Origin: Catajapyx aquilonaris
Lineage: Eukaryota
Length of the DNA stretch: 51,187 nt
NCBI GenBank assembly: GCA_000934665.2
Contig: JYFJ02002771.1
Location: 1-51,187 of the forward strand
Reading direction: 5' to 3'
The notes beneath the pieces are model-generated. The model saw only the letters and a list, made by a program, of their open reading frames with translations, was not told where the DNA came from and searched no databases. A program made the position numbers and the translations under genes. Shown piece after piece: positions 22,801 through 35,800 of the stretch (the first letter of the stretch is position 1; each line of letters begins with the position of its first letter).

Positions 22801-25800
22801 CCGCGCTCAGTGGACTCTTGCGGGACTGCGTATATCAATAGTGTTAAGCATTGCTGACAAACCCGCCTGACATACAACATGCACAGCCAAAAATAAAAGC
22901 TCATAAGCGGCCACTAACCTGTGTCGGATTGTCATCTGCCACCCACTGAAAAAGCAGGTTAATGAAAGCGTTCAGCACATTGAATTTGCAAAATAAAAAG
23001 CAGGCAAATTTAGTAACACTTGGTAGTTTTCGGCCAACATGCGGACGCATAGCTGACCCTCAGGCAGTTAATTACAGCGCTAGTCTATTCGGCTGGAAAA
23101 TTATGATGCGTTGCCCTGCGTCGCAACGAAATTAAAAAAGCTGCGGTTTCAATTGCGAACAAAGCACCTGGTGAAACGGATCCTGAGTGTCCACGGCTGA
23201 TGTTCTAGCTCCGAACATGGACGTCCCGGCAATGGCCATGGCTACAGACTGATTGATGCTGACATGCTGATGCTCAAGCTCCTCTTGGCTTGGAGTCAGC
23301 AGCGGTCGACCTGTAACCAGACGGCATTGTTTCAACAAGAACGAACAGAAACACAGCAGACGTCACTTCGCCCCAAAAATTTGTTTGATTCTTTCCAAGC
23401 GCGACAATCATACCCTCGTGTTGACGCGTCCCCAAAGAATCGTTACGCATATTTTCTATGCTCCTTGCAGCCTACTCACGACCTGACGATGGTCACGGTA
23501 GGGCGATTTGGAGCAACAAGCTACTGATGGCAGTTAATTTACTCACTTCTGTTATCCGGAAACCAATCGTGCAGCTGCGGAAGGGCATCCAGTACGATCC
23601 CAATCAACGGCAAGTACAGAGTCGCAACCCTGGATTTGCAGTCTGGATCAGCGTAACGGGGATCGCAATCATGGCAGGTCATCAGATTGCGAATCGAGTT
23701 GACGGCCTTGCTGTGCACTACAGGGTGGTTTGTTTCCAGGACGGTCGCCAAGTCGCTCAGGACAAGTCCGACCAAAAAGTGCTGCTGGCGGAACTCAGGC
23801 GACAGTTCGGCGTAGCAGTTGCGGTCACCTCCGATTAGTGTGGAAATGAAGGATGATTGGCTTGTAGATGATGCGACTGAAGGACTTGGAGACGCAGGGG
23901 CTGAACTCGGAGTTAAGGGAGTGCCGAATGGAAGGTTCAGTGCTACGAAATGCTCGTGGCTGCACACAATACGCATGAAATCCAGCTGCGAAAAGTTGAA
24001 AAATTTAGTCTGAGGTTCCACATTAGGCTGCGCTTACATGTGAGCTATTCGATCATGTGTAAACATGGCTTTAATCATTGTTCAAACTATAAATATTTTA
24101 AAAATCGCACCTTGAGGCTGACTAGCTGTGCCGCGTCGGGTAACGACGCAATCTTTGCTCCGATCTGCTTGCTGTACGTCTTAACCAGGGAAAACACATA
24201 TCCTCGGTCCATCACGCTCATCAGGTCGTGAAAGAAGAAGGCCAGGCTGTTGTTCAATCCCTGTACGCACCGTATGTCCTTATTGTACCGAGAGATAATG
24301 TCGGACGTGTGGGTGGTCACGAGTGTGCCGATGTCGTCCATGAAATGCTCCGGGAACCGATGCTTTCGGGGCGAATCCAGCTGCTGCGATGCGGCCAAGT
24401 ATTCCACCATGCTTTTGACCATGAGCTCGAAGAAGAACCAGGAGTTCTGGAGAGCAAGCTCCTTCGCCGATCCGCTCGACACGACCCATTGCAGAGCTAG
24501 CTCTTCGTGAACTAACTTTTGCGTCGGTGCTCTCAGTAATCCGTACCCGTATTGTTCGGGTATTAAAGGCGCCCTCATGCTTGAAGCTCGGTCCAATGTA
24601 CGGTCGAAAGCCGCTGTTACTTCGTGATCATCAGATATGCCCAAGTCGGGGTTGCTGGTGCTACGTGGGTGTCTGTGGTGTGGCGATACGGATGGTGGCG
24701 GATGGGGCATGAACCCTGGGCTATGCGGCGGGGAAATGCTGTGGTGCGATCGAGCCTCTTGCGGAAGAGGCGGGAGGACACACTGGAAGCTGATGTAGCT
24801 AGTCAGTAGGCTCGCTCTTCCGTGCTGGTCAAGCTGGCCTTCTTGAAGAGCCGATACGTTCTTGACGATAATGGCGATGGCTTCAAACACCGACTGCCCC
24901 ACGTTCATCGGATGCCCGCATACATCCGGCGGTTGGGCCAACAAGGACAGCAGCTTCGACAGCACCAGGGGGAGGAACTTGACAAGCGGTTCCGCCTTAG
25001 CGTTGCTTAGATCCTGCACACTTCCCTTCAGCTCCACTTCGACGTTAGCCTCTCCGATCCTCGGAGGAAGCTTCCCATCCTCCAAACATGCGCACAGGGC
25101 AAAGAATCGATCCAAGTATTTGTCCTGGGTGTGTATCGACGAGACTCCTAGGAGATCGACTGTGAAAATTCCCTTGTGCCCATCGACCCATTTGGTGCCA
25201 GGCAGCATCACATCTGGAGTGATGTATGAGTAGTTGGATGGAGGCGGGTCCAGCATTACCGGAAGGCAGTATTCGCCTGTCTGCAGACGACTATCCTTCA
25301 GGATCGGCAGCCACTAGGAAAAGAGAAGAGACGGTGTCAAAAATACAGCCGTTCTCATAGTTAGAGCCAGACGTACGGTGTATCCCACTGGCGTCTCGAC
25401 GACAGTCTGCTCGAGCTTCTTCTGGCAGCTGATGTGATAGAAAGTGAACAGCAAGTGATGGTTGTCCGCAAGGTTGGCAGGAAGCTTCACCTTCACTTCG
25501 TCGTAAAATGCGGGGCTCCTGTCGAAACGGAATTGTTAACTGTGACTTTCACGCAGCGTGAAATAGCACGTACTTATTATGGTAATTGACAGTCGTGTAG
25601 GCTTCATGTGTAAAGTCAGGACAGGACGACTTCCCATAGATGTTTGTGAGGGCTTCCGACTCGTCTTCGCCTGCCATGAACTGCACTTTGACAGTGATGT
25701 TCCGGGCCGATCCTGTGAAAATGATTTGTCGCAGTATTGCACTCAATTGTTTAAGAAACACCATGCAACTCACCAGGCCTGTTCGCAAAGTTCAGCTCCT

Positions 25801-28800
25801 TTGGTGACACATACAAGATGTTGCGGTAAGTATAATGAGGCACGAAAACCTCTCGAGGAGGGATTTCAATCACTTCTTTGGTCGGCCGTCCCTTTTCATC
25901 TGAAATGCAACCGAATTATTAAAAGTCACTTCGAAACTCACGCTTCCTACGATCGCAGTTACGCTCATTGTACTCTACTTACAGTTTTCAGAATCGTCCT
26001 CTAAGCAGCACAATTATAAATGAAACAATCATTAGGGCAATAATCGTTATTTTACGCTAATTGAAAATTTTGTTAGATGCAACTCAGCTCTTCGGCATTA
26101 CGATGCTGTTACAAGAAAGGTGCAAAGTGATGAGATAATTATCTACAAACCTGGGTACGGATTGAGCCTGACTAGTTCGGAAGTGAGGCAATACTTCGGC
26201 TCGTCCGGACACGGAGAAATGTCTAGTTTGAGTATGCCAGGGATGCATTTCAGTCGCTTCAGTGCGGACGACGGCCTCTTCAAGTCTTGCAAAAACTTGT
26301 ACAGATCCTCATCCCTCAATTTGTCGCTCTCCTGGAAATGCATAAATTGGTTTAACATGTCGACAGACACATCGATTATGACATGGTGTACGAACCTGCT
26401 TGAAGAAACTGGACACGGTGAGTGTGACAGGCCTGAATATGTCGAGACTTGCGCCGAAATCTTCTGGCGACCAGCTTCGTCTTTTCTCCGACATGCTTCG
26501 CCTCTCCAGAGATCCGCGTCTGGTGAGAGAGCCTGTGTCTCCAGCTTTCTTGCGGAACTGGTCGAAGCTGCTCGTGCTTGACTTGCGATCTGTGCAAAAC
26601 AAAAACAGTACAATCAACAGAACGAATCGTTTGCTGCGCCACGTAATTTGGCCAATTCATCGCCTACAAAAGGGGCAAAGTGCGTACCCAAGCTGTTGGA
26701 TGCCATAGTTTCCTTGTCACTTCCCGAGTCCCTATCCAGACTATTGACTCCATTAACGATGTTCATCAGATAGATGGCAGTCCAGGCAAAGGGCATCCTG
26801 TACTTACCCAACCGGTCGCAACAGGCCACCGCATTTGACTTCACCTTGTCCCTATTCTAATGAGGAGAACATATGCTTACAGCATGCAACATGGTGTTCA
26901 ATAGTCGTAGAAACGAACCTTCTCATCCTTCATGTACGGCTCAGCACAGTCGGATATATCTCCTTGCAGCACTTTCTCCAGCTTAACCACCAAAAACAGA
27001 TCAGTCGATGGGTACGACACGTCGAAAATGCACGACCTGCTTAGAGTGCTGACGTCCTGATACGGCACATGCGATCCAAGCATTCTCTTTAGCGGCTCGG
27101 AGTTCATATCGAAGTAAAAGTTCTCCGAGATCTTCTTCTTTTCCTTCGCATCATACAGCGCCATCGACGCAAAAATTGGCTCTATCTCCAAGTCCAGGCG
27201 GAGGTTCTGGCACTTCACGAGAATCCGGTGCCCCATATGTTCGGCTGGAATCTCCGACGGCATCCTTCGCTCCACCATCTCGTCTTCTTCCTGTGTTGGA
27301 TACAGGTTGAACAGGGATTCATGCCGATGCTCGGTCCTGCGGGTTTCATTGAGCTGGTCAATAGTGTCGGCAGCCACTCGGTCCAACAGCGACGGGAGGA
27401 GGGAATCGCTTTGGGAGTTGCGGAGATCAAAACTGGCCCAGCTGCCTCGCGGAGTGTCCATCATATGAAGGGACTGCCTACTCGAGCCGGTATGAACCGA
27501 TTCCTACCCAGAGAAAGAGGAATTCTGTAATCGCACTTCTTCATTAAAAGGCAAAGACATTTACCCTATCCGAATCAATATCCGGCGAGCTATCCATTTC
27601 CTCAGTTTCGTCAGTGTCAATCTCGAACTCTTGCCTTGGAGTGTTTTGGAACATTGCAAGCCTATCATCTGACCGATCATGAACCCAACAGCTGCTGGAA
27701 TACTGCTGATAGCACCGGTTGTACACCAGCCAATCCGAGGTGTAGCTCCGTGCGCAGTCACGTACATGTCCATTGAGTTGGTTGCTGTGGAAAATTACGG
27801 TAATCATAAAGAAGCTGTCCCTGCAAAAGCGATGGGTTTGGTACAACGGTAGATACTTTACGACTTACAGTGGTTCCTCGGGAACTATGGGGGTTTGGGT
27901 CCTGAACTTCCGAGGTATGATCCCCACTTCCAAATCATCCGCCGGGAATTGGAGAATGTGTCGGAGGGGATCCCGATCAATGAGCATTTGGTGCTGCAGC
28001 ACGAATTCCTCGTAGTCCAACGGTTCCACCACATCGCACAAAGGAATCTGAAACAAACGGTGCAAATTTAATTACCGAAGAGTCCTCATGGCTTGCTTCG
28101 ATAACGTACATTTTCAAGTTGACAGTAATTTATACTGTGGTCAATTTAACAAGTTATTGCTGAGCGATGAAACTAATTGCCTGGGATATGACCACAATTG
28201 TTACTTTCGCCCCCAAACAATTGGTCTCATTGCTGAGCGAATCGCTCAAATGTAAACACAACATGGCCAACAAAAGTCTCTATAGAAACCAACTGTTGCC
28301 GGGAAATGATTGATATCAACATCCTTCCCTTGTTCTACTGCTTCTATTATCAAGCGCGATTTTCACCAATAAGTTATAAAGGAGAAAAGGTCTTCTAGAG
28401 AAGCAATGGGTAGCGCCATTAGCATAGGAACACTAGCGAAGAAGTTCAAGAAGCACAGCTCATCTCTAGTGCACGTAAAATGCGGCGGGTCCATCAGTGG
28501 AATGAGAGTGGCCGTTGATGGTGACGTATCGACAGTTCGAATCGCAAATGTAGGCCAGATCAATAATCTCAGCATCATTTCCGGAGCCAACGTTCATGTC
28601 AATTCGAACATCAAGCGCAACTGTCACATCAATAGTGACGGAAATTTGGAGAATCAGGTCTACACATATGCGGACGATATCGGCACCATCATCATCTCAT
28701 CAGGCGGCCCTGTCAGCGACGTAACTATTGAAGCTAGCGGCTCGATTAAAGTGGTGTCAGTCAACTCAACTGGCGATATTAGTCATGCCCATATGCATTT

Positions 28801-30564
28801 CTCAGACGACATTGACAGAGTGGCCATTAGGTCCACTGGTGACATAGAGGATACCCAGGTGGACTCGAGTGTTGGGATTGGCAGCACATTGGCTGTCATA
28901 GCAGGAGGATTGTACTACAGCAGCGTCCCAAACCGCACCGGAGTTACAATATCTGGTATGGGGAATGTCAGCGACGTTGACGTCAACAGCGCAGGAAAAA
29001 TCGGACTGGTCACGATTTCGGCTAAGCATCGCATCGAAAACTCCAGAAGCGGGAAGCAAGAGTTGTCAATGGTTGGCACGATCAACATTGCCAGCGATGG
29101 TGCCAGACCATTCATGAACAACTACCAGCTGTGAATCTGCCATTTTAATTGCAGACGACCATTTCGCAACTGTTCAAATTGTAAGTATTTTTATGACTTA
29201 CATTACGCTATTTATGTAAGCGGACTAATTGGTTAATTCTTACGAATTCCATGAAGACAACTTACAGACGATTGGAATGAGGAAGAACTGCTGATGCTTT
29301 TGCACAGCTCCCGATTGTACGAAGCGGCTGCAATTTGTCTCCGCACATCCGCTGCATGCTGCCTGAGGACAAGAAAAATTAATAATTAATCCTCCAGCCC
29401 TTTAATTAGTGTCTATTATGCCAATCACTTAAACTGTAATTACAACATCGTTCGAATAAACATTTTTCATCAATATATGACCATTGAATGAATCTAGTGC
29501 TTATTTTTAGCAGAAAAAATAGCCTAATTAATCTCCCAGCCTTTAATTATGTTAATTATGCTAATCACTGACATAATTAGAACATCTTTCGAACAATTTC
29601 ATCAATTTATGACCACAAATGAACCATTAACTGCTTATTTTTAGCACAAAAAATTGCCTAATTGACCATCCAGCATTTAATTATGTTAATTATGTTAATC
29701 ACTGATGAACGGCAATTAGAACATCGTTAGAACAATTTCATCATTTATGACCACAAATGAATTATTACAGTGCTTTTTTTAGCACAAAAAATAGTCCAAT
29801 TAATCCCCCCGCCTTTAATTATGTTAATTATGCTCATCACCGATGTAATTAGAACATCGCTCGAACCATTTCATCAATTTATGACCACAAATGAATTATT
29901 ATGAACTTATCAGTACCGTACTCATTTTTGAGCGGAAAAGCATCCCCCTCAATTAATCATAATTATGTTAATCATGCCAATCATTGGTGTAAATAGAATA
30001 GAATGTTAAATTATGTCCAACAATTCGATAGAATGTTAAATTATGTCCAACAATTCAATAGAATGTTAAATTATGTCCAACAATTCAATAGAATGTTAAA
30101 TTATGTCCCAACAATTCAATAGAATGTTAAATTATGTCCAAACAATTCAATAGAATGTTAAATTATGTCCAACAATTCAATAGAATGTTAAATTATGTCC
30201 AACAATTCAATAGAATGTTAAATTATGTCCAAACAATTCAATAGAATGTTAAATTATGTCCCAACAATTCAATAGAATGTTAAATTATGTCCAACAATTC
30301 AATACAATTCAATAGAATGTTCCTGTGTGTCTACAATTCCAAGTGAATCATTTATGTACTTATAGTGCCTAATTTTTTGTGAGTTAAAGTAGACCCCCCC
30401 CGAATGATTCCTAATTATGTTAATTACGCCAATCAATGATGTAAATTGAACACCGTTCGAAATATTACGACCCACAATATATTCTGCCCGTAGTTTTGAA
30501 TACACTCAATCAAGCCATCTTACTTGGGCAGCTTCTGTGCAAAAGCCCTCTGTCCAGCGGACAT
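16818..30564 (-). CDS. DOCK7: Dedicator of cytokinesis, DOCK-C subfamily (DOCK6/7/8; Zir-like) Rho GEF
   Basis: Start [24 protein letters not shown] (30564-30524, 29362-29266), [25 protein letters not shown]-1/C2 [15 protein letters not shown]-2 [10 protein letters not shown]...[30 protein letters not shown]. Probable last exon [19 protein letters not shown] ends at 16818; read-through of the last intron would give an alternative end. Confidence 0.97.
19245..20255. repeat. AT-rich minisatellite in fold-back arrangement with small nested inverted repeats
   Basis: TAGTTTTAATTT-type units (19245-19460) face their complement TTACAACTAAAATTAAAATT units (19510-19900). TGGGTGGAATCTTCGTC (19920) pairs with GACGAAAATTCCACCCA (~20136-20153). 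Lies within a 2.8-kb DOCK7 intron. Confidence 0.75.
20934..21878. repeat. 67-bp tandem repeat (~3.7 copies) interrupted by a MITE
   Basis: AGAATTTG unit starts at 20934, 21001 and 21068; the third unit resumes at 21809 after the insertion. Confidence 0.9.
21114..21808. mobile_element. Non-autonomous hAT-type MITE (695 bp)
   Basis: Perfect 12-bp TIRs CAAAGGTGGGCA / TGCCCACCTTTG, 8-bp TSD GCCACACC (21106-21113, 21809-21816), subterminal AGCTAA/TTAGCT repeats. Confidence 0.9.
28406..29134 (+). CDS. Intronless 242-aa ORF of 11-residue beta-strand repeats, nested antisense in DOCK7 intron 2
   Basis: ATG in GCAATGG context; regular xGx[IV]xx[V]x[IV]x[SA] units; lies entirely in intron 29265-28048; not a DNA-level tandem repeat. 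Confidence 0.7.
   Translation: MGSAISIGTLAKKFKKHSSSLVHVKCGGSISGMRVAVDGDVSTVRIANVGQINNLSIISGANVHVNSNIKRNCHINSDGNLENQVYTYADDIGTIIISSGGPVSDVTIEASGSIKVVSVNSTGDISHAHMHFSDDIDRVAIRSTGDIEDTQVDSSVGIGSTLAVIAGGLYYSSVPNRTGVTISGMGNVSDVDVNSAGKIGLVTISAKHRIENSRSGKQELSMVGTINIASDGARPFMNNYQL
29385..29990. repeat. Degenerate ~135-140-bp tandem repeat (4-5 copies, further remnant at ~30330-30480)
   Basis: TTTAATTATGTTAATTATGC..AATCAC...AATTAGAACATC...TTTCATCAATTTATGACCACAAATGAA recurs, with unit starts near 29387, 29528, 29661 and 29800. Confidence 0.8.
29998..30320. repeat. 30-31-bp minisatellite, ~10 near-identical copies
   Basis: Head-to-tail ATAGAATGTTAAATTATGTCCAACAATTCA with no spacers. Confidence 0.95.
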
Positions 30565-30943
30565 TCTGTCCCGTCCAAAACTGTCCCCAGAAATGTCCCA
30601 CAAAATAAATTAAAATTCGACACTTTTTTTTTCCTTCTTTAGCAGACGGACATATTGGATCGAACACCACGGGTTCGAAAACGACGTAGCTGTTTCTCTA
30701 GTTGCTAATACGCAGCTTAATAAGCTTGACAGTAGTACGTAGCTGTTAGATTCGATTTTCCTTTGTCGAGCGGCGTGCTGTTTTTTTTTTCTTTCTTTCT
30801 TTTTTCTTTTCAGGAGTTGGCGGCGTCGAAATTGTGTGTTTTTTTTTTTTCTTTCCCCCCCTTTTGAGAAGAGTGTTTTTTAAAGATGGTTCCCCGTGCG
30901 GTTAAATAGTGGGCGAAGTTCTTTTTAAATTGTTGTATTTATT

Positions 30944-31756
30944 ATGCTGCCTTCCACTGGATACTTCAAGACCATAAACTGCCCGTTCTACGACAGCGGC
31001 TTGTGCGAGAGGCCCTACTGCCACTTCAGACATGCAAAGGAAGGTGAATATTCGATTGGAACATCCACACGATTGGAACGGTTTATGAGTTAAATCAGTA
31101 CATTTTAATATTTAAAAAATGTGTGTGGAGAAGCATTGGCTTCATTTGGGATCATACATGCGGTGAGAAGGTCCACCTTGGCATGTCGAAGGAACAAAGG
31201 AACACAAAAGGATATGGAGCGGCCGGTGGATCCGTTGCTCGTTTATACACGAGGCCGCTTGATCCCGTGGTTTAATCCACAGTGTTAATTGCAGACGGCA
31301 GCAGAAGCTGGCCGTTGGGTCAGCCGTACGTTTCGATCAGTGGGATCGCCTTCTTCGCCAAATGACTGAACATACTCAAGTGTGCTCGCTCCTTTTCGTG
31401 TATCGTATTTAATATGCTGTATTGTTTAAAATTATTATATTATTATACATTTTTAGACACGTAATATAATTAAAATGTAATATATTATGTATAATAATTG
31501 AGGGCGACATGGTGGCCGAGTGGTTAGCGCCGCAGCCTTCCACCTCTAAGGTCCCGAGTTCGATCCCCGGGTCGGACGGAGGATACTTATGTGGATAGAG
31601 TTTCGATGGGTTCTCTCCGTGTTCGCGTGGGTTTTCTCGGGGTTCTCCCGTTTCCTCCCACTATCAAAATCCATCACATTTCAGGCAAATGATTAAAGTC
31701 GGTAATTCAAAAGATGATCCCCTATAAGAGACCCAAGGGGCCTATCACGGGGTATC

Positions 31757-31819
<63 letters not shown>

Positions 31820-32786
31820 GATGTATAATAATTTACTATTGTGTATATACGAGGGGTGTAAATAAAATAGTGGCAACTACTGTACTTAATTACTTGGGAC
31901 TTAGCTTCAAATTTTCAGAGTCCTTCAATGTAGTCATCAGCATTATTGTGTAACACTCGTCATTAGCGATGTGGAAGTCGAAGGATGCCGTTGGCATCCC
32001 TGGTTTGGTTGATGTTTCGTATAGAGCGGTTTAAAGCGCGAATTAGGTCTGGGATAGTCATACCCAGACGTTTCATGAGAATGTTCAGGATAGTCATACT
32101 CGACAAGTCGGTCTCATTGGCTAACTCATGTACTGTCTACCTCCGATCGTTCTCCATCAATGCGGAAGCAGCAGCCACTTGTCCTTCACTTGCATTTGGA
32201 TGGGGCTCGTATGTCCCCGTTTTTCCTTCCCTGACGGAAGGCTTTTGCCCACCTTGCAATCGTTCTATATGGCAATGCATGCATGTTCCCCACAAGCCTG
32301 TAAAAGCCCTTCATGACAAAATTGTCAATTTTTAACCAGCAACTTTGCTCAAATCTGGAAAACATCACCTTTAGATTGGTTGAGCTCACGTTATTCTTGT
32401 AACTGATCCTGTGCATATTGAGGTGGGACGATCCCATTATGTCCTGAGGTTAGATCAAGACCTAACCTATCTATGTGGCATAAGCGGTGTCCTTCCTACA
32501 TTTCACTGATTTTCTAGAGATGAGTTGCCACTATTTTATTTACAGCCCTCGTATAGTATAATTCTATGATTACAATTTATTAAATGTTTGACAATTATTT
32601 TGTATTATATTTTATATAGTAAAACCTCGATATAACGCTCTTCAATGGACCACCCAAAAGCAGCATTATACACGGGATACACGCGAGAAAATTTTCCTCA
32701 TGGAAATGATCGAGGGACAGGAAAAAATTGGTATTAAAAGCAGGAAAACATTATATGCGGGAGCGTTATATCAAGGTTTTACTGTG

Positions 32787-32854
<68 letters not shown>

Positions 32855-35800
32855 CCACACTGGAGGGAACGAAGCCCTTTGAAGGGGGGTATTATTTTTA
32901 TTTCTTTTTATATTACTTTTGCAATATATACCGTATGTTATAGTATTTTATATATTGGTGTGTTTTATGTTATCCTTGTAATTTTTATTTTTTATATTTT
33001 TTGTAATTGTTATATTATTTTGTTGGATATTTTATATTACTCTGTATAATCATAATATATTGGGTATAACAGACTGATTTTCTCAGTCCCTTACAGTCTG
33101 CTATATCTTGAGTATAGCGGTACAAGAGGGGCAATCTCATAATAACTTTAAGAACCTATTGTGGGCATTGGGTATACTCTCCACTTGATTTGCTTGACCT
33201 TGCGGTATCGCTTTGTTGTGTACGTTATGGCCGTTCACACTGCCCAGTGATCAGAACACAGGACTCAAAAATTTATTAAATGGACAACACGATCGGATCA
33301 TCCTATAAATGCATTTAGGAAATGGCGCATAATTATACACCATCCTTCTCGTATGAAAAAGTTAGATCAATGCACAATAAGATATCTGTGAGCAACATCC
33401 GCATCTTCAACCTTGATCGAGCAACATGGGCTGACTTCTGTGATGAAAGAGGAAATGACAAGGACTTTTTTCCAAATTGCCTTTCTATGTTGAAATGCTG
33501 TGGGTTCATTTTCTCATATCAGCCTCCTGATCAACCACATGTAATGATAGAATGTATTTTTTAAAATGGTAGATCTCTCTTGCTCAACTTCACACATCTG
33601 CCAAGGACAAGGAGCTAAAAATACAGGAAACTCTTAAAAAAGTGATAATTGGCTTCAATTGTGACAATTAGAATAATTCAGAAGAAGGTGAGTTGGTGGA
33701 GAATAAGTAGTGTTTGCGATGTAATTTTTCAAATGCCAACATTGCATTTGTCAGATTGATAAAAATGAACTTCATTTCACTTTTCAAGCCGGTGTTGCAT
33801 ATTTGCTGCCTATTGTTGATATCAGCGCTTAATTCGAATTCGATTAACTCGGCCCGGATTCAATGTCGTACTAATTCCTGGTCTTTTCAGAAGAGCTTCA
33901 GGCTTCAACGTCTCAACTGGCAGCTGCTAACGAGAAGGGCGGGAACGAAGCTGCCTTACAGCAACTTGTGTCCGAAGCAGTCAGAAAAGTGCTGCTTGAA
34001 AGGAAGGTCCTGCCTGAAAAGTCAGATGGATCTGAAATCGTGTCAAAGGTTATCCAGACCATATCGCAGCCAGAAACGAGCAAACAGGTGCCAAGCTACA
34101 AGCCAACTCCGATTGCTCAGCTCCGACGTCTGCAGAGTGGAGCAACCAAGCGACGTTCGCCGTTGGAGTATAAGCCTTCTAAGAAGACCCGAGAAGGAAA
34201 GAGCAAATACTCTCCGTCTCATCCAAACTCAGAGTCGGTTGCAGGTTACAGCCCAAACTATGGGGAGAAAGGAAGTGTGTCGTACACACCCAGCAACATC
34301 ACGGATATTGACCTCAAGGGAAGCCAGTATGTCCCGAGCGGATCGGATATTAAGGACGGTGGAGTGGATTACAAGCCAACTAGTAAGGATTTGACTAATC
34401 ACAGTCAGGCGGAGTATTTGCCCATTACTGGCAGCTCTAGTGCCTCCAATTTGTATGTGCCGACAGACATATCAAAGCTTGGTAACGTGCTTACGATAGA
34501 GAATGACATACTGGAAAAGGACGAGGACAGCGATCCTGGAAATGACTTCGACCTTTTTGAGCAAGTTTTGTCCGAGGGACCGAAGAGCGAGGCAGGTGTT
34601 GTGAAAAAGACGAACCATACCGTTATTTACGCTCAGAACGAACAAGGTAGTTTAAAGCGGTATAGTGATTTGGCATCTGGAAAGTACGTACCTAAGAAAC
34701 CCAGCGAAAGTATTAAGAGTGTCACAAGTGCCGGTTGTGAATCTCGTAATGAAAAGAAGCCCAGTGAACCTTCAGCGTCCAATTTTGACAAGACAAATGC
34801 GGACAAAGATGCAGCTATCAAGAATGACTCGGAGACCAAAAGACTTAAAGAGCCATGTTCTAAACCTGCCAATGAAGAGAGAGCAAGTAAGACTTTACGA
34901 CTGAATAAAGAGAGTGATAACAAAGCAAGTAATGAGTGTAAGAAGGCCGTGAAAAGTAAGGATGAACACAAGTCAAGTAAGGAGAAAGTTAGAGACTCAC
35001 ACAATAACTCGGAGGTAAAGAGGGACAAAGATGAACATAAGTTGCGTAAAGAGAAGGAGCTAACGAGGAGTAGGGACTCGGATAAGAAGAACGAGAGCAA
35101 GGAGCACAAGGTTAAAGAGTCGAGCAGTAGGTCAAGTAAGGAGAAGAGTTCAAGTTCATCTCGTCACAAGTCCAGCAAGTCGCACAGTTCCAGCCACAAG
35201 GAATCGAAGAGTAAGGACCACAAAAGCAGCAGTAAGGACCGGAAGAATGGCGATAGAGAGAGGAAGAAGGACGATAAGGACAGGAAAGACGACAGAAAGC
35301 GGAGAGAGCACAAGTCCAACAGCCATTCGAACCACAAGCACAAATCGAAGAAGTCGGACGATGACAATAAGAAGGGAACGACTTCCGCTCACGAGACGAC
35401 CAAAGGGAAGAAGGAACCTTCTCCGATCCTCGTCGACATTTTTGCTGGTGAGTTTTTGCTGTTAGTGAGGTCCGGCTCGCATTAATTTCTGGTTATTTGT
35501 TTCAGTTGGCAGTAACGTTGGCTTTGATGAACCGCCTGATTCTCCCGAGATGGACAGCTACAGTTTCATGTCTGAACTGGAGGACAACTCGGATCCAGAT
35601 GATGACGAAGTGACCCGTGAATGCTACAGGATCTTCCAGGAGTACAAGCCGGACAAGAACAAACAAGACAACCATAGCCAGAAGAAGGTACGATTAACTG
35701 ATTGACGTACTCTGCGAACCTTTTAACTAATAACGAATTGTTTCAATGCCGCTTGTTCGGATATGTACTCATTTTACGACTGCGATGGTGAGTTCACATG

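Noticed and set aside
29998..30320. 30-bp repeats superficially like a CRISPR array
   Set aside because: Units are head-to-tail with no unique spacers, lie in a eukaryotic intron, and there are no cas genes.
31502..31575. Possible tRNA gene
   Set aside because: A/B boxes continue into a SINE body and ATT tail; no convincing acceptor stem or poly-T terminator. The same applies to 41317-41390.
32700..32943. Poly-Leu and poly-Tyr ORFs
   Set aside because: Translation of a (TAT)n microsatellite and MITE sequence.
34633..35392. Ser/Leu-rich antisense ORFs
   Set aside because: Antisense shadows of the low-complexity Lys/Glu/Ser exon of REXO1.
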